A stretch of DNA of 64,000 nucleotides, from contig CM119373.1 in assembly GCA_051294905.1 (NCBI GenBank), positions 6,572,001 through 6,636,000 on the forward strand. Reading direction: 5' to 3'. The position numbers and the translations under genes were made by a program. The notes beneath the pieces are model-generated. The model did not search any database. It saw nothing but the letters and a program-made list of their open reading frames with translations, and had not been told where the DNA came from. The first letter of the stretch is position 1, and every line of letters begins with the position of its first letter. This document shows positions 24,291 to 34,699 of the stretch, in pieces. The stretch comes from Botryllus schlosseri. Taxonomy: Eukaryota.

Positions 24291-24332
24291 GGGGAATTCC
24301 CTAATTGTATATATTTATTGCATTGTTACGTT

Positions 24333-24338
24333 AATAAA
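24333..24338 (+). promoter_or_regulatory. Candidate polyadenylation signal of the large ORF
   Basis: AATAAA 43 nt after the stop codon. Not retained in copy A. Confidence 0.45.
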
Positions 24339-24392
24339 GGTTGACCCACTCAGACGAGAAAGTTTTTTTCCTTGGGTGGGCCAGGGCAGGTT

Positions 24393-24449
24393 CAGACTTG
24401 CCCGAGCGGACGTCACAGAGACGAAAACGCGGACTTACTCGAAACGCAA
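24393..24449 (+). promoter_or_regulatory. Conserved non-coding cis-element of the virus-like unit
   Basis: 54/57 nt identical to copy A 11496-11552 (reverse complement). Contains GACGTCA and two GACTT(G/A)C(C/T)CGA repeats. A TATA-like tataataa follows at ~24482. Confidence 0.75.
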
Positions 24450-24502
24450 TTTTATAGTGTCGTTTAAGTAAGGATGCAGACTATAATAAGGCTCATTTGG
24501 AT

Positions 24503-24841
24503 ATGGACGGGTCTGACTTGTATATTGGCGAACCCTGTGGAAGAATTATAAGAGAGATTGTGGATTACGAAAGTAGATATGAAGAGGAATTTAGCTGCCG
24601 ACGAGAGTTCGAATGCATCAAGGACGAGCGTGCCTCAAAGTTACTCAAGCGATTCAAAGAGATTGCGAATAGACGAAGAAGAGAGGTCCGTGAAGGGGGC
24701 AGGAGATGGAGAAAATTCAGAGCGTGGCACGATCGCTACCTTCGGGCGACCCTGACGCGGCCCTATCGGGCCGCAAGGGTCAGGGGTCGCAACGCTCTCT
24801 TAGCCTATTTTGGCTTCGATCGCGTTACTAGCACACCCTAG
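24503..24841 (+). CDS. ~112-aa basic protein of the virus-like unit
   Basis: The first ~30 residues and the start Met are conserved in copy A. Arg-rich C-terminal half. Function unknown. Confidence 0.65.
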   Translation: MDGSDLYIGEPCGRIIREIVDYESRYEEEFSCRREFECIKDERASKLLKRFKEIANRRRREVREGGRRWRKFRAWHDRYLRATLTRPYRAARVRGRNALLAYFGFDRVTSTP

Positions 24842-24916
24842 GGTAAGAAGGTGTCCTTACCCTAGGGTGTGCTAGTTGACCCACCCAAAAAAAAACATTC
24901 CGAGCTGGGTGGGTCA
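24746..24916. repeat. Cluster of three stem-loops (candidate origin or fused termini)
   Basis: GC-rich bulged hairpin 24746-24790; perfect 21-bp stem 24827-24847/24856-24876 with 8-nt loop; 11-bp stem 24877-24887/24906-24916. Confidence 0.9.
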
Positions 24917-24923
24917 GGAAGGA

Positions 24924-24931
24924 TATAAATA
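24924..24931 (+). promoter_or_regulatory. TATA box candidate
   Basis: TATAAATA immediately after the hairpin cluster, 28 nt upstream of ATG 24959 (A at -3). Confidence 0.6.
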
Positions 24932-24958
24932 GAGGCTGAGTGGCGAAAGTGATTCAAA

Positions 24959-25201
24959 ATGAGCACGTACGAGGAGCTGAGCGGATTGGTGAAAGACTGG
25001 AAGCACACGGAACAACTGAAGTGGAGCTATCTAATCAAAGAAGTACTGAACCTGATATTGTTGATAGCGATTGTGGGACTGCTAAGTATAGTTCACTACA
25101 ACGTGACAAGAATTCAAGGAGCGGAAAGACTGAGAAGATTCGCAGACGTAACAGGAGGGCCACCAAGATACGAAGAAACGACAACAACTTTTGAAGCATA
25201 A
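24959..25201 (+). CDS. 80-aa predicted single-pass membrane protein with PPxY motif
   Basis: Hydrophobic 'VLNLILLIAIVGLLSIV' and C-terminal 'PPRY'. Its stop overlaps the next ATG (TAATG, 25199-25203). Present only in copy B. Confidence 0.6.
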   Translation: MSTYEELSGLVKDWKHTEQLKWSYLIKEVLNLILLIAIVGLLSIVHYNVTRIQGAERLRRFADVTGGPPRYEETTTTFEA

Positions 25202-25669
25202 TGACAAAGGCGTTAGCTGTATTGAACAATGTACGGAAGAATGTGAAGAAAATAAATAAACTGAGATCTGCATATACGGAAAATCCAATCTCAAAAGCAG
25301 CAAGAGGGTACCAGAAATTGAAAAAGATAGAGAATGGGGTGGCAAATATTAAAAAAACATACAAAAATCCAATACGAAGAATATACGCAAAATGGGAAAG
25401 AGTGACAGCGAAATTAAATGAGTGGGAACAGGGATACAAAGGAGTGCAAATGGGCATAAGCATTTTCCAATCAGCAACAGGGGCGTTAGTGGAAGATATA
25501 AACAACGGGATTGATTATCCAAGAGCTGTGACAGCAGTGATACAAAGAAGTCTGGAAAATTGGGACAGAGATAAATTAGAAGAAGGATTAAGGATATTAA
25601 AAGTACCAAGAGGAGAAATTGGGAGAATAGGAACGCACTTGCAGAACAACGTGTTCCAAGGATGGAGAT
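25201..25669 (+). CDS. N-terminal ~156 codons of the 905-aa large ORF (continues at 22042 in the circular form)
   Basis: Ends ...NNVFQGWR, and copy C shows ...NNVFQGWRSRGAK contiguous. The ORF-track tail beyond 25669 is flank read-through. Confidence 0.8.
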
Positions 25670-27289
25670 GGACCAAGAATATGGTCAAGCTAGCAATTCG
25701 GCTTTTGAATGGTGTTGTGGAATCAGTATCTTCCAGAGTCCTAACACAAGATGTTCTGGAAGCAGCATTTGGATCTTGGGTAACTTCAGTTGACATTCAT
25801 TAATATTATTCACGAATGTTAAAAGTTAACAGCGGTCTTCGATGAGATACAGCAGGAATCCAGATATTAGCCAAGTCAGTTACTCAGTAAATGCCTTAGG
25901 CCAGCGTTTATGCCAGCGTAAGGCTATAAAGAGAGGGAAAGGTGCCAATACAACATAAGCCTATGTTGATCAAAATTCTTGGACAAAAGTCGGCTAGGAA
26001 CCCATGACCAAGAAAAGATGCAGCAAATGAAGCGAATGTAGTTTCTGGTAGTGTTAGTATGGTAGTTTTTTTCGCCCTGTGGCAAATGCTGCCTATCCGC
26101 ATTCCACATTGAGATTCCCTACCTAAAAAAGGAAAAAAATGCGTTTGTCGAAACCTTGACGTGGTGCATTGGCTGTCTACTAATGTCACTGGCAGAGGTC
26201 TTCCAAGCGAATTCCAGGGTATTTTTGGCAATGACAACGAGTTCCATTCAAGTGCGATTTTGCATACTTACAAGGAGTAAGCTCTGACTATTGTGAACCG
26301 AGATCAAGCAGAACATTGACATTACACAAGGCTCTGGTTCTAGTCATACTCAAGTTTCTGTGGTTATCGGACAGGCACACAAGACTACAAGACTGTTGCG
26401 ATATTATTTGTTATATTCATAGTCGAATTTCTGCAGTTAATATAGGATATATTTTCAATCAAAGCTATTGTGAACTGCATATCGATATAGTTCAAGATCT
26501 TTCCACTTGTTCACTTTGTAGTACTCTTCAGTCGTCCTTTCCATGAATTCATCTCACAATAGCCAATGTACACGAACCAGATATTCTATTTACCTTCTGT
26601 CATTATATTTATATATGTAGCAAACTCGATAAAGGATCAAAGCCACAATATCACATCAATCTCGTGAGAAATGTAACATAGGCTACACGGTAATATTCAC
26701 TAGTCATAACCACTCGCCACCGCTACCTAAATGTTGAACTGTCCAACTAAATCCGACGCAGCTTCAAGAAATACATGACGAATCGCCTTGAACGCCATAG
26801 AAACAAGCGCTGAGCGATCCTGTTTTGGGTGCAGCCATCTGACCGTGACCATTCTGCCGGCTAACAATGGGAGAACAATCGAGTCGTCACTCCAGTCATA
26901 CTGTATAGTGCAACAATGATGATAGGTAGGCCACACGTATAATATTCACTCGCGACCCCAACTCGCGACAATCTCACTTTCTCACTAAAACGAGAGGGTA
27001 CGTCATCGCGAAATGAGAAAAAATAGATCAAGCATGAGTGCGTCCGGCAGGGGTCGCAATTTACAGCGTACGCTAGCTCGAAAATGAAAATGTGCGATCT
27101 TTCGTAAAGCTTCAGAGTCGCGAACGCTGCGTTTTATACATCTTCAACACATTCGAAAAGATGCTACAGCTACGGCATACGAGATATGTTGGCCGGGCAG
27201 ATGGCACGTTGGGCGTTGAAAGCAGGAATGCGAAGCTTGCATTGCTCTGGGTAGCAGTAAAAAGGAAGCACAGGCGGAGGACTAGGCAC

Positions 27290-28648
27290 ATGTGGGTGCA
27301 TCCAATTCTGCAAAGAAGGGAGATGCTAGGTATGTGTGTTATGATATATGTATGGGAGTATCATACCTTATGGAACATAATATTAAACAGGAGAGTTTCA
27401 TGCTTTGGCGAGGGAACTCAGATTCGAAGGACAGGAATACTTTCGAGATTATTTTGCAATGAATGTGGAGACCTTCGATGAGCTTCTGTCGTTGGTCGGC
27501 CCGCTCATCAGCAAGCAGACCACAGTCATGAGAAAGCTAATCTTTCATTGGGTGGAATCGGCTATCACGCTGAGGTAAATAAGACAATAGAGATGACTAG
27601 GTCCAGTTAATTCTGCAGGATGGTGTCAGGTTGCGGTTAGTTATTGTATGCTGATGCTAGCAAACTACTTGACAAATTGATGAATAGTACCAAATAGTGC
27701 ACCTTATTCAAGGTATTCATCATATTGCTCTGTACATAGGTTTCTTTGCACTGGTGATTCATATCGTACGATCGCCTTTTCTTATCGATGTGGGAGGTCT
27801 ACAGTAGCAAAGATCGTCCCAGAGACGTGTGCTGCTATTTGGGAGGCCCTAGCACCCGAGTACATGCCAGAGCCAAAAAAAGACCAATGGAAGCGCATTG
27901 CTGAGCGATTTCAAGATAAGTGGAATTATCCTAATTGTGTTGGCAGCATAGATGGCAAGCATGTTTTGATTCAGAAACCGGCAATGTCATAGGGTCCCTA
28001 TTTTTTAATTATAAGAAGACTTTCAGTGTTGTTTTGATGGCAGTTGTGGATGCTGACGAGCGCTTTATTGCTGTTGATGTTGGTCAATATGGTGCAGTGA
28101 ATGATAGTAAATGTTTCAGTAACTCGCTTTTTGGTAACTCGCTTTTTGGTAAACGTCTGTCATCTAACCAATTAGATCTGCCATCAGCGTCTCCTCTACC
28201 TGGGTTTGACAATCCAACTCATTACGTTTTTGTGGCGGATGAAGCCTTTCCTCTAAACACTCACATCATGAGACCATTTCCTGGCGGATCGCTGAGCAGT
28301 GATGAACGTCGTATCTTCAATTACAGATTGTCACGTGCTAGGCTTGTTGTCGAGAATGCATTTGGGATATTATCCTCTCGCTTCTCTTGCTTTCGAAGGC
28401 CAATGGTTGTTATGCCTGTTCATGTAGATGAAGTGGTCAAAGCCTGTACCGTTCTCCATAATTTTCTTATGAGTGACTCAAATTATTATGATATTGCAGT
28501 GGATGGAGCGCGCCCGTCATCGTCTCTACGGCCACTGGACAGAGCGGGTAGAGGAAGTGCTGCGGCAGCCAAAGCCACACGAGAAGAATTTGTGAGATAC
28601 TTCAGTAGTCTTGAGGGGGCTGTTTCTTGGCAGCAAAAGCGCATATAG
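27290..28648 (+). pseudogene. PIF/Harbinger DDE transposase, intron-containing, frameshifted
   Basis: 'WVHPIL', 'NYPNC...DGKHV', 'FFNYKKTFSVVLMAVVDA', 'ADEAFPL', 'FNYRLSRARLVVENAFGIL', 'LHNF'. Confidence 0.92.
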
Positions 28649-30204
28649 TTCGATTTCATTTCCAGTTTTTGAGTTTCTTGACATTGAGGCGATAAAACTA
28701 ATTTCGTGATTCAACTTGAGGATTCAAGTGCAGCCTTGATAGCGAAGTTGGTCTACTCGGGATGTTTTTCAGTGATGCCTGTGTTGATGATGATGAATTG
28801 AGAAAAGTCCATTTCTCCTTTGCAAGAGGTTGAGTTCAAACTACATGATTGGCCATAAAACTACTCAGTCTGAGGCATCAACCTACTAGAAAACAGCTTG
28901 TTATCTTTCTCATTTCTCGTCTATTTAATAAACACATTGCGACATTCGTCTGCTGTTTTGTATATTGACATATTTATCAGACATATGCTACATATTAGCC
29001 AGTTACGCAGTGCAATCCGGGGCATAACTGGAAGTAAGTTGCTCAGAGACCAAAGTGTAAACCCGGTAAAATGAAAGATCTCCAGGTCCTCAAGACCATT
29101 TCTTATGCAGCAAATGTCAGTCTTGCATCAGATTTGCGGTGGCTGCAGCAAATCTACGTTTCAGTCCTGCATCGTCATGTGATGGCTGCAGCAATGTAGG
29201 TTTCTTGGATTTGTGATGCCACTCAATCCTAGCATGTTCTGTTGCACGATGATTGCTGATCATGCTCCTACCTCTCTTTCATTATGTCTGCATCTAGAAA
29301 TATAATTATACGGCAGCACATGGTGTTCTTCACTACAACAAATTGGTAGACATGCTGACATGCAAATTACTATCAGATATGTGAGCATTCGTTTTTGATA
29401 TTGCCGCCCGCATCCGCATAAAGTTAACCAAGGCGCACGCTCTGTGCGAGCATATCTCAAAACTTTACGGCATGTCCGCTCGCACGAACCCGCCTAAGTA
29501 AAGTCGTTCTTCAAAATTCAGGGACAAGTTTTACAGCGAAAAAGCAACTCACCACAAGCGCCCGTGTAAACGGAATTGTTATGTATCTGAACAGTGCGAC
29601 AAACGTAGAACCTGTTCGATACAGTCCTTGCAATATCGTCGCAGTTAGTGAGAAAATTGACTTTACGTAAAGTTGGTGCAATATCGTCGCAGTTAGTGAG
29701 AAAATTGACTTTACGTAAAGTTTTCATCTTCTTTCAACCATATATTGGCCCTGATTAGCTTTGAAAAATTGAAAATGTTTCAAATACTTGATTTTTTCAA
29801 AATTTGAAAACAGGACATAAGTCACTTTGATTCCACTGCGACAATATGGGAGGGGGACATACCATATACATTCATGAAAAGGAGCGCTGGAGGAAAGCAT
29901 GCTAATCAATGATGAATAAAATATTACCTTGATGGACAGCGCGCCACAACTTTATCATTGCGATCATCCCTCATCGCGATCATCCCTGCGATCATCCCTG
30001 CGGTAATCCTTGGTCTAAAGTGATATCATATTCATTACAGCACCGTGCATATAATCAAAAATTAGGTATTTTCAATGCGGTGAAATGAAACTTTCAGGAG
30101 TACAACATGCACACTTTCTGTTTTCTGTTGCTCATTTTGAAATATGGACACAAACATGCCTTGGTTACGGGACCTATAGCTCCACACCGCACATGATTCT
30201 ACTG

Positions 30205-30838
30205 GTTCCATACTATTGCCGAGAATGCTATTACCAAGATGGACATTGCCGTGAATGCTGTGTGGCGAGATAGCGCAGTGGTATAATCCGCGGCTGCGAC
30301 ACCAATGGATGCGGGTTCGAGTCCGACCGAGGTCGACTTCCGAATTCCGATATCTAAGTGTTGGAGGTTTGTTTACCTAGGCTCCTCCTCGCCACCTCAT
30401 CCGCGTCAGCGGTGTCTTACAAAAGCCTAGAGGTGGGCCGTGCTATAAGTCGGCAGTTACGGAAAATACAAAAGAATATCGGCCTGGTGTAAATGACCAT
30501 AGTAGTCGAGAAACACCATGAATACCCCAAAACAAACAAAACCGTGAATGCTATTACTGAGAATGGACATTACCGAGAACGGACAATACAGAGAATTGCC
30601 AATGCCAAGAATCTAGCCTACTGGGACGGACGTTGTCGAGAAATTTATACCTCAGAATCGATACCGAATGTGGCCACGCCGTCATGCACACACATGACCT
30701 GTTCATATGCATAACATGCCTGCATTGCATATATTGCATTCTCGGTAATATCCATTCTCGGTGGTTTCCATTTTCAGTAATGTCCATTCTCGGTATTGTT
30801 CTTCTTGGTAATAGCATTCTCGGTATTGACCGGATACC
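30205..30838. mobile_element. Foldback MITE built from accgagaatg subterminal repeats
   Basis: Repeated (t)accgagaatg units on the left and inverted cattctcggt units on the right. Ends approximate; interrupted by a SINE. Confidence 0.55.
30260..30541 (+). mobile_element. tRNA-derived SINE
   Basis: Pol III A box TAGCGCAGTGG and B box GGTTCGAGTCC, (caaa)-type tail, 11-bp TSD ccgtgaatgct at 30249-30259 and 30542-30552. Confidence 0.88.
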
Positions 30839-31489
30839 GTTTTTACTCCTATCAAAAGTGCACATATCCAAAGACGAGTTACCGGAGGTTGAACATTCCA
30901 TTTCCTCCTCGATGATTCCATCTCGGATGAGCTGGTGTATTCGGAATTTGATGCCAGCGCGGCGAGTAGCATCTTTGCGTTTGCAACTCCGCCTCTTTAC
31001 TGCTGTAGCAAATATGCATGGTAACCAAAGACTGAAGCGCAATTCTTGTAAAATTTCCACTCACGACGTGATGGTGCGTTGACAGCCGGTGTCGCCATTG
31101 GCGTTATTGGTGGCGTGTCATCTAGTAATAAGGATGACAACGGATGCTCCGACATGTTCGATGATGTCCTGCATAGCATGAGAAAATTGTTATCAATCTG
31201 AAGTTTTAAATTAACAATATGAATTTATTGCTTCGCGTTATTCTGAAGTTCTGTACCACAAATCACTTGTTCAAATCTGAAGTTTACCATTTTGTCAGAG
31301 AATAAAGATAAATTAAGCTACAAATGCAATTTTGGCGTGTTTCCTTGCAATTCACTGAGTCAAATTATCATCTTCTGTGAAATCTGGTTGGTCTAAGTTG
31401 GTATGTAACATTTTTAGCATTTCCTTTGGCACTAATCAACATAACAAATAAATTAATTGTTTTCCTCCATCCCGGATAAAATTAACTAC

Positions 31490-31861
31490 AACTTACTGTC
31501 TCGTTTCAAGATACGGATCTAAGAAACTCATTATATCCATATACTGCCACCGAGGTGGTGATATTGCTTCATGACCTGATCCTGATGGAATGTATTTGTT
31601 TTTCTCTTTTACGTATCTGTCTCGGATCTTTTTCCACACGACGGTGAGATTTTCACCTGAAATATTCTATATAAGCTTCTGATCGCAGAAATTCACTAGT
31701 ATACACGATGTGCCTGGGCATCCAAGAGCTTCTGACACCTCTCGCCACGTTATTTTCTTTTTTATATTATGGTAATACTCCGGGTGCGACTTATCATAGA
31801 GAATAGACCTATATCTAACCTCTTCAATTAGATTTTCGACGTTCACCATACTCAAGCTCAT
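31490..31861 (-). pseudogene. MADF/Myb-SANT DNA-binding partner gene of the Harbinger element
   Basis: 'LIEEVRYRSILYDKSHPEYY...WREVSEAL', then after an intron 'WKKIRDRYVKEK...SGSG...WQYMDIMSFLDP'. Convergent with the transposase, as is typical of Harbinger. Confidence 0.8.
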
Positions 31862-32189
31862 CTGCGAACAAGTATACCGTAGTGAAGGTGATAAATTACT
31901 GATGATGAATCCTCGTGCGCTATGAGACGAAGATAGTGAGTGGTACAGCTGAACTCTACAGAAAATTTGCGCTTACAGAGCCAATATATACCTTCTCCGA
32001 AAAGTTATTACTTACATTATTACATTAGTTCCAATTACTGGCAGAGCTACCACACAGCCGCATCAGTTCTCCACCGGACTCACCGATGCCACTCCACACG
32101 AAATTCCGGTGTATCTGAACAGTCCAAGATGGTCTTAGTCACCACGTACTAACGCGAGTCGTCATCAGGCTTCACTTGCGTGTACGCTT

Positions 32190-33230
32190 GTGATAAATCG
32201 ATCTTGCTAAAAACCTTCCGTAAAGAAGCGCCAGCAAGTCGTCGGGGTCGGTAATGAATTTTCGGGTATATCCAACTGCGAAATAATCGGAACTTTAAAG
32301 TCGCCACAAATTCGAACTTCCCCGCACGCTTTCAGAACAGGCACAATTGGACTCGCCAAGTCGGAGTGCTCAACCTTATCCAACCCTCCAGAGTCAACTA
32401 TCCTACGGATTTTCGTTTCCGCTTCATCAAGTAAAGCGTATGGCACGTTACGCGCTTTGCAAAATTTCGGAACGGCCTTGGGGTTCAATTTGAGCCGGGT
32501 TAATGTCGACAACTTTCTCGAATTGCGTTTCAAGGATACCAGTATCACACAAAGGCGTTCTTAGGCAATCTCCCTAGTCCCGAACTCTCACTCTGGCCCA
32601 TATCCGATACCTTTCCGATTTATTTTGGCAAATTTATTTGTATTTTACGCATCCAGCTCCTAATGAAGAACGGCAGATTAAATTAATACCGCTCAGGCCC
32701 TTGAAAGAGTTTCGGCGTAAGATGATTCCCGACCAATGTTACTATTTGTCGGTAGGTAAGTAAGTCTTATATTTCGTTTTTTTTCTGGGGTTGAGAGATT
32801 TCGAACGAGACTATATGATTTGCCCCACCTAGAGTTAGCAAAACAGCTATCATTAGCTATCATTTTTCCTTCCTCGGCAATCATATTCGCTTCAAAGTAA
32901 ATCTCCAAGCGCTCGACATACTCTTTCACTCGTCTTCACCCAAGTTGAACTCGGGCCCTTTCCCGTACCCTCGGCTTCTGGCCGCAGGACTGTCGATTTT
33001 CATCCTCGACACCAGTGTTGTGTCTTTATCTACATAACAGAATATGGAATATAAACAAGCCAGTCTAACTCTTGTCGAAGCTGCTTGTAGTTTGATTGGC
33101 TTCTTCCTCCTCGTCAACGTGACTGGTCACAACTTCACGCGTTTTCTCACCTCTGCGCTGAGCTGTCTTACTGTTTCCTCCTCTCGCTGTTTCCTCCTCT
33201 CGAAATCTGGCGAATCTCTTTTCCGATGTT
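32190..33230 (-). mobile_element. Ty3/Gypsy remnant: LTR part, PBS, gag start and RT start
   Basis: ...caaca followed by PBS-like tggtgtcgaggatg (~33000-33015); gag 'EYVERLEIYFEAN'; RT 'PKFCKARNVPYAL...ASPIVPVLK...VRICGDFK'. Confidence 0.8.
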
Positions 33231-34035
33231 AGAACCTCACTTGTTTTGGGCTGAACACGTCTCCGTTCTGCATTGTGAATATCTAAAGCAGTTCTGGTTT
33301 TATTTGAAAATATCTCGTGACACGACTATTCTAATTGCCCGTGTCAGATTTTTCACCACGTCGCTTTCTTTGACAATATTTCTTGCTGAACACGGTTAAC
33401 TGGCTTGTTTTTTTCTGGCATGTCAGCAATTGCGATCAATCTCTCATCCTAATTACCATGTAGGCCTACAGTCGCGGCTCCAATGAGTTTCTCTTGAGAA
33501 TTTCATATGAAATTACTGATTCTTTCCAGACTGTTTAACAGCTTTCCCCCTCAATTTCCTTAACAGCCTGTCGCAATTGATGTGTTGCATATTTAGGAGT
33601 TCGCTTTTTCTTACAATTCCTGGACATATATATCTCTTGGACATATATATCTCTTGACTGTTTTAGCAGCTGTACTCTCTAATATTTACCAAAACCTCCA
33701 TAACAAGATTTAATTGAGTATTTACAACCCCTCTGATGATGGACGAAGATATTCAGCATTCAATGGTATACTCAATTTGCCCGTCACTTGAAGCATGCTA
33801 TACCCAAATTGCCCCACCCCACCCAAAAAAAATTGTATTAAAACTCACACCACAATTGACAATATCCATAACCAGACCCTGTAGTAAGATCAACTATCAC
33901 TAGTTGAGTGAGTGATATATATGGTTTTTCAACAATTGTTCTTATGTCACCTGTGAAGAAGTTGAAAGCGGTGTTAAAAATGAAAATGCGCCACAAACTT
34001 CCTATTGCAGTTCTGTACTATTTGCTGACGATTAT

Positions 34036-34066
34036 CCCTGACGAGTGTCAGCCGGAAGTACTCGGG
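34036..34066 (+). ncRNA. Minimal type I hammerhead-like motif in an isolated Penelope terminal fragment
   Basis: cc-CUGACGA-GUGUCAGCC-GGAA-GUAC-UC-GGG. The flanking sequence (~34020-34090) is homologous to 50221-50290. One core deviation (GGAA for GAAA). Confidence 0.55.
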
Positions 34067-34699
34067 TTCATTTCAATATGAATATACTATTTAATTGTTT
34101 ATTGAAGTTCTATACCTCTAATTTGTCCATATACAAGTCAAATGAGATTGGACGCCGGGAGCGAGTATGGGGACCGGGCACAAAAGTGATAGTGTGACCT
34201 CGTGTTGTTTCAATTGGGGCATCCTCTCGGCCATCTCGGTAATGAGGAGAGGAGCTGCGAAATTGAATTTGCTAGACATGTTAATGCGCTCAAGCCATCA
34301 CTGAGTATTGCCATCTTCTGATGGTATTATTCAGCACCCAAGATAAAATATGTGAAATCGCTATTAGTTCGGATAAGAATACTGAAAATAGGGCAGTCTT
34401 AGATACATCTGTGAAAATCTGAGTATAGCTATGATATGTAGAGAATATATGATCTAATGATGTTGATTCTCTGACATCGGGTGGAGGGGGGATCTATTTT
34501 GCGTACATTGTCCAATGGATGTCTCCAAGTGTTGATGTCGCCAATAATTCATAGTAGTATATGCAAGTCAAATAAATCTACCACGAAATATTCTACTTTT
34601 ATTGTCATATACCAATATCTACGAAAAATGTGACTGTAGTTATGTCACTTATGTGCATCGTGCAAACACCGCCCTCAATGTATGTTTCTCGAATCATAG

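Larger units (their letters stand above)
22030..25669 (+). mobile_element. Virus-like element copy B: complete 3,628-bp unit, circularly permuted
   Basis: 12-bp direct repeat aaggatggagat at 22030-22041 and 25658-25669. Copy C reads straight through this junction (39976). All sensible ORFs are on one A-rich strand. Confidence 0.9.

Noticed and set aside
24314-24319. Antisense AATAAA (also in copy A at 11628-11633) as evidence of an ambisense gene
   Set aside because: No minus-strand ORF of 60 aa or more leads to it, and the region is AT-rich, so chance is likely.
24503-24841. 'AWHDRY' as a parvoviral PLA2 catalytic motif
   Set aside because: No upstream YxGPG calcium-binding loop or D-x2-A-x2-HD-x2-Y spacing.
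24827-24876. Perfect hairpin as a standard CRESS-virus origin
   Set aside because: The loop (aaggtgtc) lacks a NANTATTAC-type nonanucleotide on either strand.
25201-25669. 'VLNN' and 'THLQ' in the large ORF N-terminus as rolling-circle Rep motifs I and II
   Set aside because: They are ~140 residues apart, far more than in HUH Reps. There is no convincing motif III and no SF3 helicase; probably chance.
16690-25700. A single LINE-plus-virus insertion bounded by a TSD
   Set aside because: No matching direct repeat was found between the flank beyond the LINE 3' tail and the flank after 25669, so the link remains only a hypothesis.
25670-25803. C-terminal tail of the 200-aa ORF 25201-25803
   Set aside because: It lies beyond the 12-bp junction and is read-through into unrelated flank.
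30264-30335. tRNA gene
   Set aside because: A and B boxes are present but I could not form a proper cloverleaf. It is followed by a SINE body and tail and bounded by a TSD.
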